From contig JAYWIR010000046.1 in assembly GCA_036172245.1 (NCBI GenBank), forward strand, positions 1,054,001 to 1,118,000: a stretch of 64,000 nucleotides of DNA, read 5' to 3'. The DNA is from Raillietiella orientalis (taxonomy: Eukaryota). The translations under genes and the position numbers were made by a program. Positions 11,501 to 23,500 of this stretch are shown here, in pieces (the first letter of the stretch is position 1; the number at the start of each line of letters is the position of its first letter). Under the pieces are notes generated by a model that saw only the letters and a list, made by a program, of their open reading frames with translations, had not been told where the DNA came from and did not search any database.

Positions 11501-14500
11501 TTTCTTTAACCACCACCTTTGCTCTCGGCATCCGCAGGAGTGCCGTTTAGTCATCCAGGCGGATTTCCGGAACTTTACCGGACGCCAACAGCCTACATTC
11601 AGGGAATGGAAGAGAAAAAAAATGTGTTTTTGCAGCTACGCAAGTTACACCGAGCAAAATGGGCGACCCTCCCCCTGTTCGTTGGAGAAAGTGCTTTCCG
11701 TGGAACGACGAGATGGCACGCTCGTTATGCAATTTGCTGCAAAGGAGTAGACTGGGGGCGAGGAGGCATTGACCTTGAAGTGGGAACGTTCGTTTGTTCG
11801 GCTCGGTCTTGACTCGGTGCTCCGCCGGTCTGCTTTCATCCTGGAATTCAATTAGCGCAGGGGAAATTGAATTCACTCTCGTGTTTCCCTGGCGTGCCAA
11901 TTGCGTTCCCGCGTGCTGTTCGGCTTGAACACTTGTTTCTGCCAGCGGACGCTTTCTGGCCTCTCCTTCCTACTCCTCTACCCTGTTGACAGAGAAGAGA
12001 GTATCCCAAGTTTTTCAATTCCTCTAGGGAATTTCCCGCTTCGTCTTGCTACCTGTGAGAAGGTGAATAGAGCGAGGCCACGTGAATTGAAGGGGGGGGG
12101 CGACAGGGCAGGGCAGCGATGGGAGGTCAACAGCAATCATTGGCTAATCGTCGTCGTCGGTGCGCACACAGCGCAGGCCTTCAGATTCCTCCACGGACGC
12201 TCTCAGGGTTCCTCGTTTCTACGTGAGTCACCGGGGCGCACGGGAAGGCATTCCGACGCGCAAGTTATCTCGCTCCCCGCAGCAGCCGGACCCATTAGTC
12301 GAGGAACTTCGGCGCCGTTCCCAATACGCGGAAAGCGCACTTTGACGCACTTTTCGATAAAGGAGGAGGAGGAGAGGATGAAAGACGCTTGTGGCCGTTG
12401 CCGCTGCGTCGCGCTGGCATCGCTCCGAGGCCCTTTCGCTCGGGTTGCCGGCCTCCGGCAACACTTTTTCCTGGCACGAGGCGAACACGAGGATTTCCCA
12501 CCGCTCCGCGCGCGCCGGCGTCCGCGTTGTTTTTCCCGGCGTCCGAGAGCGCGCGGCAGGAGACAACGCTTGCGCACCGGCCCTGTGATGGGCGACGGAC
12601 CGGCAGAGGTTTCCGGGAAGCTTCACCTATTCTCTTCCCTACGCTTCTTGCTTCCCGGGAGGGAAAGGAGCGCAGGAAGAGGGCAGCCCTGGCCATGGAG
12701 CGCAGAAAGAACGCTATCTCTTCTTCTGCCTCCCCGTTCGTTTCGGTTCTCCCGTCGGCACTGCGAGGCGGAGATGGCTGCGTTTCCTGTAGACGGCGTT
12801 GCGCGCAGTCCGCCGATCACCATGGGAACGCGATCCCGAAGATTCCGAAGCTCCCCTCGAGTGCGCCGCCATCATCGTCGAGCGGTACAGGCGCCAACGA
12901 TCCTTACTCAGGGGTGATCCTTTCTCTCCTGTTTTCTCTCTTTTCTGTGCCCTTCACAGGGCGCCAGCAGGTTTCTGTGCTCGTTCTGTCGCTCAGGTGA
13001 CCCTCGCCCCACCTCCTTCTCTCCCTCCTCCCCTCTCCCTTCGGAAACTTCCGAAAAGGAGCGCGGGAAGTGCACTCGTTCCAGACCGGCGAGAACTCGA
13101 GGAAACCTCGCCAGCCAGCAACGTGGGGGGGGGGAGAGGAGTTCCACAGGGGATCTCGGGAGGACGTCTCCCCCCTTAGCCTCTTCGTTCAGAGGAAGGG
13201 AGAGGGGAGAAGGGAGGAAAGGAAAAGAGGACTTTTAAGAGAGGAGGAGAGCATCGCGAAACCTCCCTTGAGCAGGTGGAGCTGAAGACGCAACCCGGAA
13301 AGGGGGGGACGGGACGCACCCCTCACTTCCGAGGCAGACAGCGGTGGCGGCGCCCGACTGCCAAGCGAGAAGCGCACCGAGAGGGAAGCGGCCCCACCCC
13401 CTCCTTTTTCTCCTCTCCGCCCTTTGTTCGCCTCATCAGTCACTCCCATGTGGGGTGGCAGCGAGTCATAGGTCACCCGCGTCCTTGTCAAGGGTAGCCA
13501 GGACTCGCGTCGAGATGGGAAGGGAGGGGAGGGGGCAGAGGTCAGATATGGCGTCAGACACGAGGTCGATGGCGTGCGTGCTTGCCTCCATCCGGCCTTC
13601 CAGAGCCGGAGGCAAAAGCCGAGCATATCGGGAGACGCGGATGCTCCTCTCGCACCACTCCACCCTTGACCTCACCCCCGAACGCGTGGTCTTGGCAGCA
13701 GGGCCGTCCTCTCTCTCCCCCCCTCCTCGCCTCTTTACTTGCGCGGAGGAGTAGGGAGAGCCTGTCTACACGCTAGCCTGGACAGACACTTTTCGACCGA
13801 GCTCCCCGGACACGTGGCCGCCCGCACGCGGGCGGAGTGACACGGTTTCGTTCGAGATTCCTCCCCCCCTCACAGTGGTCATTCGCCCGCCTTCTGCCCC
13901 ATTCGAGAGAGATGACCCCCTCCCTCCCCCTTCCTTATTGGTGCTCACCGCAGGGTATCAGAGCAGATGCGCTCGAAATGTCCGTTTCCGCCAGAGGCGG
14001 TCCGAAGGTCAGCGGGGATCGACGCGGCAGTGGGGTCATGCTGAGGATGCTCCAGCGGGCGCCTTGCGACGGACAGCAGAGGCTTCTCGGGGCATCAGGG
14101 ACCGACTCCCCTCCGGAGGAGCTGCGGCGCCCCGAGGGCGACGCCAGCGGGGAGGAAGAGCTGGGGAGAGGCGCGCTTATCTTTAGAGCGACGCCCTTCT
14201 TCGCCTCCGTGGGCGGCGCTTCGCCCCCCACCCCCTCTCCCAGCCTCCTTCTGCGGAATTTCGGCAGCCGGTCGGTGGGCGGGCGGGCGGGTGGCGTCTA
14301 GGCCAAGTCGCTCAGAGCCGCGCGCATGCGCAGGAAGTAGCGACGATGGAGGATGCCCATCCTCTGCGAGGTCTCCGGGAAAGGCGTGGGATGGGGGAGG
14401 GGAGAGGGAGGGGGAGAGAGCTTAGGTGCATCCCAGCGACTGCAGTCGCGCGGGGATCGCATGCGGTTGAGTGTGGAATAAGGAGAGGAGGAGAAGGGGG

Positions 14501-17500
14501 GTGCCACTCCTCTTGCACGCCCTACCCACCTCCCTCTCTTCCCGGCTCCACCTACGACCTCCACGCATTGGGTTCCAAGCCTCCGCGGTGCCCAAGGGAA
14601 CGAGTGGGCGGGGCGAGAGCCCCGTTGTCTGGAGGAGGAACAGCATCAAGGGGAGGGACTGATAGAGGAGGTGAGTTGTGCGGCAGCGGCTCCGCTGCCG
14701 GCAAATTTTTTTTTGTTGTCTTTTCATCCTCCCGAGCGTCTTCCTTCTCTCCCGCTCTCGTTGTTCCCCTGCGCCCTTCATAGGGTGCGCGCCCGGTTTC
14801 TCAGGAGGGTGGGGAGGAGGTGTTGTTTTAGCCCTCCCTCCCTCGAAAGCTTCTTGAAAGTCCCGGCAGATGTCTCCGTCTCCGAAGAAAAAGCTTTGAG
14901 GGTGAGCTCTTCGCATCGTCGCTCCCCTCCCCCTCCCGCATCTTTGCATCGCGGGAGATGGGCTGTGTGCTCCCTTTTCGTTGGCTTCTCCCGGCGCTCT
15001 ATCCCTCGCCCCGCTGCTTTCGCTCCCTCCCTTCCGCCCGGCACGGTGGGTCAACGGTGCGGCGACCTGTCCTCCGCACCCCCCTCCCGCTCTCGGCGTC
15101 CCCTGACCAATCTCCTCGCCCGCGCTCTCCGCCTCCGCTCCTTCCCGGTGGGCGGTAAAGACAGGAGACGAGTGCCGCCGCCCTCCTCAAGACTGTTGCC
15201 GTGGCGACGGAAAAGAGCTTTCTCCGAGCAGCCGCCACGTGTCCCTTTGTCGCTCTTCTCCCCTCCTCCTTCGCTTTCCCCACAGCCTATCGCTGCTGTC
15301 ATCTTGCACACGCAGTCGTTGTTTTTTCCCCCACAGGGCCTCCACTGCGGAGGATGCTGGGCCGCGTGTTCCAGGCAAGGGGACAGGGAGAAGTGGGTGG
15401 GGCGGGGGACGAAAGAGCGCGCATTCCACGGGCGCCTCATAAAGGCGGGATGGGATGGGACGCTGCACCCTAGACGCCGGAGCGGCCTCCGCAAGGAACG
15501 TCCTCCTCCGGGAGTGCGTGCGCTCTAACGCCCTCCCTGCCAGCTCTGCTTTCTCCTTTCATCCCCATCCCACCCTTCACCCCTTTCCCTCTCCCTCTTC
15601 CCCGTCGGCAAGGTGCTTCCAGGTGGGATCCGACCAACTGTTGATCCCCTAAGGGCGGGGGACGGCCATGGTCCCCTTTCTTTGGTCCAACCTCAGCAGC
15701 CCCCACTTTCGCTGCATCTATGGGCTAGCGCAACCTGCCAGTCAGGGTTAGGCTGGACCCGACCTCACATGCGCGTCCTCTCCCGGCCACCGCAGGTCAC
15801 GTCTCCATTCCCTCCTTTCCGCTCCCCTCGCGAGGCCCGACCGGTCGACGACCCGCGTCAGAGAGGGAGGGAGGGAAGATAGGAGGATCCCTTTCTGTTT
15901 GGAGGGGGCCAAGCTACGCACGCCCTTTTCCTCCTCCTGGCCAGCCCGTGCCCGGAGGACCGGCGCAGAGAGTCCAGGCGCACTCTCTGCGCCCCACCCC
16001 CTTCACTTGGTTCTCTTCCACCTATTCCCGGAAAGAACCAGAGAAAAGGCCTAGTGCGCAGAGGGGAAGGCGGTCTGGCGGTTTCCCGTTGCCCCGGCGC
16101 GCTGCTTCCGACCCTGGGGCGACGACCGCATCTTACCCATTCCCAAGGAGGAAGGCAGGAAAATTCGGGACGGCGGAACTTGCGCTTCGGGGATGGGGAT
16201 TCCCTCCCCTGATCCTCTGCCCACGGCGCGGGCGAGCAGATCCCTTCTGCTGGTCACTGCTGCCCTCTGTTCCCAGGGACAAGGGAAAAGGGAACCGACC
16301 CCGTGCGCCGGCGACGGTGGGCGGGACGCCCGTGGGGGTTCCTGTGTTCTCGACCCTCCTTCCTTGCTGGGGATCGCCCTCCGTCCCCGTCTCCCCTTTC
16401 TCCGGTCTTTAGTGCCTGCTCAGCTTCTTCCGCTCTTCCAGGTGCCTGCGGCCGCCCGGCGCGCGATGTGGGGACTGACGACACCAGGAGCTCCTTCTAC
16501 CCTCGAGGTCTCCCGAGGAGCAGCCACGGAGCTCCCATCTTCTCGCTGGACGAATACGCCGTGAGCGTCTTCGACAATGCGCCCCCGGGGACGAAGGTGG
16601 TCCAAGTGCGCGCCACCGACCCCGAGGGAGACCATATCCAGTACTCCTTCGCCTCCGGCCTCCAAACCCACGACATAGTAAGAACGAGCGCCTCCTCTTC
16701 CGGAGGCTCCCTGCGCTTGCCGGAGTCAGGAAGAGCCGCGTCCTCCCTTCCTCCCGGCGGAGTTCTGGCATCTGAGAGCCGTCGGCAAGGAACTCTCGCG
16801 GTCCGTTCGTCCCCCCAACCCCCTGGACGGGGACGCACTCGGGATGTGAGAGAGACTAGCTGGGAGATGCCTGGGAAGGGGGGGATGCTCATCTGGGCCC
16901 TCGGTTCCTCCCTGCCCTCTGCAGCAGGCGCCTCTCCGAGGTCCCCCGTCCGGGCCTTCTTGAATGGGCGAGACTTCCCCGCATCCCCAGATCGGATCCC
17001 TCCTCTGCCCGGAGGACTCCGTCCAGGATCTGCGGAGGGAGCTTGGGACAGGGTAGGCGGGATGGGATCGCTTCCCCGTCAACCACCACCACCCATACTT
17101 GCTGGCCCCATCCCTACTAGTCGCTCCTCAGGTCACTGCCGGAGAATTTTCCCGCCCAAATAAGCGCGGCACGAGGGAGCGCGCATGGCTCTTCCTCGGA
17201 CGGGTCTCTCCCCCCCCCCCATTTCCTTCCCGAGGGGTTTGAATGCGCTGGTCTGCCCGGTCGTCCCTCCCCGCGAGGAAGGGGCGGGGCTGGGGCGTGC
17301 GTCTTCGAGACCGCAGCCGCTCCGTGGAGAACGCGGCTTCGTCTTGGCTTTCCCCCCTTTGCCCTTTTCCTGTGTGTCCCCCTCGCTGTCCCTCCTGAGC
17401 ATCGGCAGGAGGGAAGGCGCGGGACAGAATGTCTCGCCTCCACGAAGGCGGACGCCGCCGACGTCCTCTGCCCTGGGTTGCGCGCGCGGGGCTGTGCGAC

Positions 17501-20500
17501 CCGTGGTGGTCACTCTCCTTCCCTTCAGGAGGGTCAGAGGGCGGCGGGGGCCGGTGAGGAAGGGCCATCGGGGAGGAGGGAGGAAGGCGGAACGGTTATG
17601 GCAAGGCGCGTCCCACCGCCTCGAAGCTACGCAAGTGCCGTCACGCTCATCCCGGGAATCTCGCCGTCTGCGTCCCCCTGTCCTCCCCGTAGCCCGCCGA
17701 TCGGGAACGCGCGCCTTTGTACTAAATTCTTTTGGGCGCGAGGCTCTACTCCATTGCAAGCGGTCTCGAGAAGGGAGGGAGGGACCTTTGGGAACGTCGT
17801 TGCCGCGGGCGAAAGGAGAGGAGTTCCTGGATCTCGGGAATCCGCCTCCAGGTCCCCTTGTTGCCTCTCCCGGATCTCCGCCCAAAGAACAATAGGGCGG
17901 CAGGAGAAGCCTCGGCATCCCCAGGAGGGAAGGAGGAGGGGGAATTCGGGAGCTCAGCTCCCTCTCCCTTTGAGGTATATGATGGATGCACCCTCGAGCT
18001 CCAGCCGCCCCATCCATCAATCTTTCCTCCCGCCCGAGGGAGCGGCGGCTCCGAGCCTCTCCCGAGCCATCTTCTGTTAGGAAGGGAGGGACGTCGGACA
18101 CGCGTGGCGTTGCATTTCACGGCCTTTCGGGAAGGCAGAAGCCCCCTGCGAAGAGGGCGGGCAAGGAGCTGCTGCCCTCAGGGCAGGGCACGCACGCGCA
18201 CCGTGGGTCGGCACCGCCCCGCCTCCTGCCGAATTCCACATCTCCCTGCCTGTCCCGTAGTGGGGTCGAGGGTGCTCGGCGTCACCAGAGGCTTACCCAG
18301 GTCGCAGCCCTGAGGGGTTTCTGCTGACCGCCGCCCCTCGAGACCCTTGGCTGCCCTCATACAGGGCGAGCGAAGCTGAGGGCGGTCTCCGAACTGGGGA
18401 GCTCCTCCCGAAGAGGATCGGAGGGAGCTGAGGTCGGTCTGGAGGGAGGACGCGGAAGTCACTCGGGGGTCAGTGGGACTCCCTCCCTGCTGGCTCGCCA
18501 CCCCATTTCCGGTTGCGCCGCGCAGTTCTGCTGACCTGGCCTCCCTCTTCCTCCCCGCTTCCGGTTTCCGTCAGCGACTCACCCACTCACGTCTTTCCGC
18601 TGCTTCCAGTTCCAGTTGCAGCAGGACGGTTCCTCTGGGATCGTGTACCTCAAAAAAGGGGACTTTTCCTTCACGGAGACCAAATACTCGTTCCTGGTCA
18701 AGGCCGTCGACACGGAAGGGGAGTTCAGCACTGCTAGGGTCACCGTCAACATTGTTTCCATCAATGCGCACAAGCCCGAGTTCCTTAACTGCTCCTCCTA
18801 CGCCCCGTCTGTCCCGGAAGGGCAGCCAAAGGGGACCTTCGTGATAAAGGTGAGAGCGGACGGCTTTCGAGAAGGCTCCTTCCTCTCCCCCGCCCGTTTC
18901 TCACCCTCAGGTGGTCGCCACGGACGAGGACAAGGGCCCCAACGGTGAAGTCACCTACTCTATCGTCCGCCCGCCTTCCGACTCACGCGAGGACTTCTCC
19001 GTGGACCCGAGCTTCGGGGTGGTGAACACTAGCAGGGTGAGTCGGAGAGGAGCATCCCCAGCTTAGCTCATCCTCCCCCTTCCTCGCGTCCCTTTTCGGA
19101 GGGCGGACTGTTTTAGGTATTCGACAGGGACGAGCCCAACAACGAGAAGAAGTTCTACGTGACCGTGCGGGCAGTGGACCGCGGGGCCAATCCTCTGGAC
19201 GGCATCTGCGTCTTCAGCGTCACCGTCACCGACGTCAACGACAACAGCCCCGTGTTCGACCAGCAGGTGAGCACCCCCACCCACCCCTACTGCGCGGCCG
19301 CCACCCTACGCTTCCTTCCCGCTCCTGACAGAGCTACGAGGCCACCGTCCTGCAGAACGCCGAGCCCGAGACGCGGGTCATCACCATGCGCGCCACGGAC
19401 ATCGACGCCGATGAGAACGGGAAGCTGGAGTACTACTTCAAGGAACGTAGCGAATACTTCAACATCCACAGGCACCTAGGGGTGGTCACCCTCAAGAAGA
19501 GCATTCCTGACGACGTGAGTGTGGTGACGGGGAGCATTAGCCGACCCGTGCCGACGGCCGGGAGATGTACTGCCGCCGTCTCGCGTGCCCCCTCGTTTCG
19601 CCTCCCCCTTCCACCTTCCTACAGGTCGACAAGGTGCTCCTCGTCGTTTACGCCCGGGACAAGGGGAGTCCCCCGAAATCCACCTCGACCTACCTCGCCA
19701 TCACCGTCAAGCCGCTCTCGGAGAAGCCTCCCGTCTGGACCAGCCTGCCGCAGAGTGCCATCGTCATCCCAGAAAACTTCACCCAGGGCATCGCCTTGGA
19801 CGTCCGGCTGAGGGCGGAGTAAGTGCCGGCGGCGCCCGCCGACTTCCCCTGCACGTGTCCTGTCTGGCTTTCCCCCGGCGCTGTAACCCTTTCAGGAGCA
19901 GGGGCGCTCGCTTCCCGACCACAGGATGGCCCGGGAGAGGGAGGAGAGAGAGGGACAGAGTCTGAGGGTCTCAGGAGGAAGGGAGGGGTCAAACGAGGGT
20001 TACCGCAGCCTCCGTTCGCTCTTCTTTTCCATCTCCATGATGAGATCGCCCGAAGAAGGGTGACGACGGTGTTACTGGTGGTGGTAGGAACCAGGAGAGA
20101 ACTCTGGGGAAAACAGGAACCAGCATGAAGAGACCGTCTCCATACGAGGAGGAGACGGGGGTCCTCTCCCTCTGTCCTCACAGGTCTCGGGGGTGGCTTG
20201 AACCGGAGATTTCCCCCGCCAGCCCTTCCTTCAGGCTGTCGCTGCGTTCTCGCGCGCACCGTTTTCGTTCCTCCTACCCTCCCTTCGTCCAACCTGGCAT
20301 AACTATTTCTCCCTCCTCTCCCTTCTATTTCTCCCTTTCTTAGTTGGACCGCCGAATATCTCTGCGGCGGGCGATCTCTTTACCCCCTTCATCCCCAATC
20401 CGGCGTTCGAGCGTGTGCTCTTGGGAAGCTGCGTCCTCTTTGCCTTTGTCTTCGGCCTACTCCGCCACGCATTTCCGGTCTTCCCGTTGTCTATGGGCCG

Positions 20501-23500
20501 AGCATTTCGACCAGAGGGATCTGTCGGAACCTCTCACGGACGGCGACAGACCACTCCCGGTGTTGGAGGGCGCGGTTTTAGCATGGAGCTGTGCCGTCTC
20601 CTCCGCCAATCCTCTTTTATCCCTCATCTCTTCCCTGGACTTTCGTACGTCTCCGGTTCTTGTCACCGCTTTGGGGGGAGGTGCGCGCGCGCACCGGAGG
20701 TTCTTCGGGACCGAGTTGCGGCAGCGGAGTTACGGCTCCGCAGCAGCCCTTCCACCACTCCGGCCTTCCTTCTCCGCAAGTGATGCCGGCGTACAGGATC
20801 GGACTTGCTGGCGAGCAACCCCGCCTGCTTCATCTTTGGGAGCGAGCGAGTCCGCCCTGGGACCGCAGGGCGCCCTGAGAGAGGGAGGGATGGAGTGAGA
20901 TTGCTCGCCAGAGAGGATTCAGCTGCCTAGAGCACGCGCCCGGGAGGGAGGCGACTTTTTCCGGTCCGATCGCCCTGCGACCGTTGCACCGCGACCGGAT
21001 CTCATCTCTCTCTTCTCAGTCGATTCGTTTCTCTCCCTCGCTCTATTTCGGTGGTGCGGCGGCGACCCCGCCCAGCATCCTTCGTGGCTGGGCGAGTGCC
21101 TGTCTGGCTTCCAAGCGGGACGATGGTTCCAATCTCCTGCCACGGAGGAAAGAGCCAGAGGGCTTTCCGGGTAATGCCGGCTGTTATGTCGCTCGGGAAA
21201 GAGCGCCCGCGCGCGGTTGCCACGGGAGCTCCGCGGGACTCCCATAAAAAATCGCAGGGGTTGCCGCCATTGCCTTCCGAACGCGCGAGCCCTCCGCCTA
21301 TCGAAGCCGTTCAGCTGGGGGCGACTGCGTCGGATCTCTTCCGCCGGGAGGACTTCACGGGGTCTCCTGGACTAGAGCTGCAAAATCTTGCTCAGGAGAG
21401 GACGTACTTCCCAACCCTTCACCTATTCCTCTTCGCTCTCCCTTTCGATTCCAGAGAGCGCCGGGAGCACTCTTTCCAGCCAGGAACGTCCAGAGAAAGT
21501 TGATGCTTTCGGGAAGACGAAAACCAGTTGACCTCGAGCGAGCGCGCGAGCAGAGTCCTGCCAGAATCCCCTCGCTGCACGTTCCCCTTCACCCCTTTTC
21601 ACCAGAAACTACAGCCACCCACTCCGTCTTCATGCTTGCGTGAGTGGAGGAGCGTCGAAGCGCACTCGCGCTCTCTCCACTTCCTCCTCCCCTCCCTCCC
21701 TAGCACCATCAGCAAGCATAGTGGCATAGGGCGAGGGGGCGTGCCTGAGTGGAGCCAACGTGCGATTCCCCGAAGCGTGGCGTTCCCAGGTGGGAGGAAT
21801 CACCAGAGTGGAAGCTGTCGGGCGGGGTGCGCGACGGCTGACGGGCAGGACTTCCCCGGATGGGATCCTTGGGGGCAGCGGGTTGCATGCGAATCTTCCT
21901 CCTTTCCATTCCAACCCTTGATGGGGGAGGGTTCCCGAGATCGCAGAGGAGACCTCTTCCGCGAGTATGCTCCAGGAGGGAAGGAAATGGACCGGGGGAA
22001 GAGCGATGGACCTCGCCAAAGCATCCTCCTCCTGCACCGAACTTTCTCAAGGGACTGCCATTGGGGAAGTTCATTGCGGCGGAAGGTGGCTGGTCTTTTC
22101 TCCGGGTTCGGGCGCGCGGCGACTCCGCTCGAGAGAGACTGCGCGTCCTTTCCCTTCCTCCTCTTTTCTGCATCCGTCCCCCTCCCTTCGTCCCGCGGCG
22201 AGGAGGTCGCGGGGAACGAGGAAGGAGGAGGGGTGGGTGGGTTGGGGACAGATGAACTGGAGAGGACTGGGTTCTCTCTCTTTCCAGACCGGGGTCCCCG
22301 GGAGAAGTGGTGTCCTACCACATATCCAACGGCCAGACTCCGCAGACGAACCAGCTGAACACGTTCATGATTAAGAGGGACGATGACGGCTGGGCCAACC
22401 TCATCCTCGCCTCTCCTTTAGACTACGAGAGCATAACCAAGTACGAGCTGAAGATCCAGGCCAAAGTGAGCGAGGGAGGAAGGGAGAAAGAGAAGGGACG
22501 CGAGGGGATATGCCGCTGCCGTGCCGGCTGCAGAGCTCCTTCAGCAGCAGCGACACCATCGTGACGATCGTCGTGGAGGACGTCAACGACAACTTCCCTG
22601 TGTTCACTGATGTCAGGCGCGGCTCCGTGCTGGAGAACCAGAGCGAGAGCACCCTCGTGATGACCATGCTGGCCGTAGACAGGGACGGCACCAGCCCCAA
22701 CAACAAGGTGAACCGCGGCGGCGGCGGGAAGACCGAGCCTAATCTTGACGACCTCCCCTCTTTCCCCCTTTCAGATCACCTACTCCCTGAAGCAGTCCGA
22801 CAACCAGGAGTTCAAGCTGTTCGACATCAACCCGCACAGCGGAGAGATCCGCACGCTGGTCGTCCTGGACTACGAGGACCCCGCCTTGAAGGAGATGCAC
22901 CACACCTTCCGCGTGACAGTGGAAGCCAAGGACGGTGCCCCATCTTCCCTCCCGGCTTACTACCCCGGCCACAACGCCGGTAGGTCCTCTTCCCTCCCCG
23001 TGCCCCTCCGAATCCGACGCCCGTCGGGCGCCCAGCTTCCCAGGACGTCTACATCACCGTGCACGACATCAACGACAACCCACCCCACTTCAATCAGAGC
23101 GTGTACCACATCTCCGTGAAGGAGAACGAAGACCTCGAGAAGCCGGTGGCGCAGTTCTTCGCCGACGACATCGACATCAGTGAGCTACCCTGACCGAACG
23201 AGCCCCCTAGCGCAACTCTCCCCCCTCCCCCCCCCTTCCTCCCCGAAACATTCCTTGCAGTGTCGCAGCTCATCTACAAGATCGAGAGTGGAGACGAAGA
23301 CGACACCTTCCGCATGCAGTCGCTGACCGGCGAGCTGGTCATCCAGAGACCCCTGGATTACGAGACGAGAAGAAAGGTAAGAGCCCCGCCTCTCCCCTCC
23401 TGCAGCATCCCTCTGTCGCTCCCTTTCTCTTGGGGGTGGCGTTGACAAGAGCCGGGGGGAGCTTGCCCGGGAACGGGCGCAGCTCCCCGTTCGTGTGGCA

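Noticed and set aside
12100..16400. Long ORFs in cadherin intron 1 as extra EC exons
   Set aside because: No cadherin motifs, and exon 2 already runs from the end of the signal peptide directly into the first EC.
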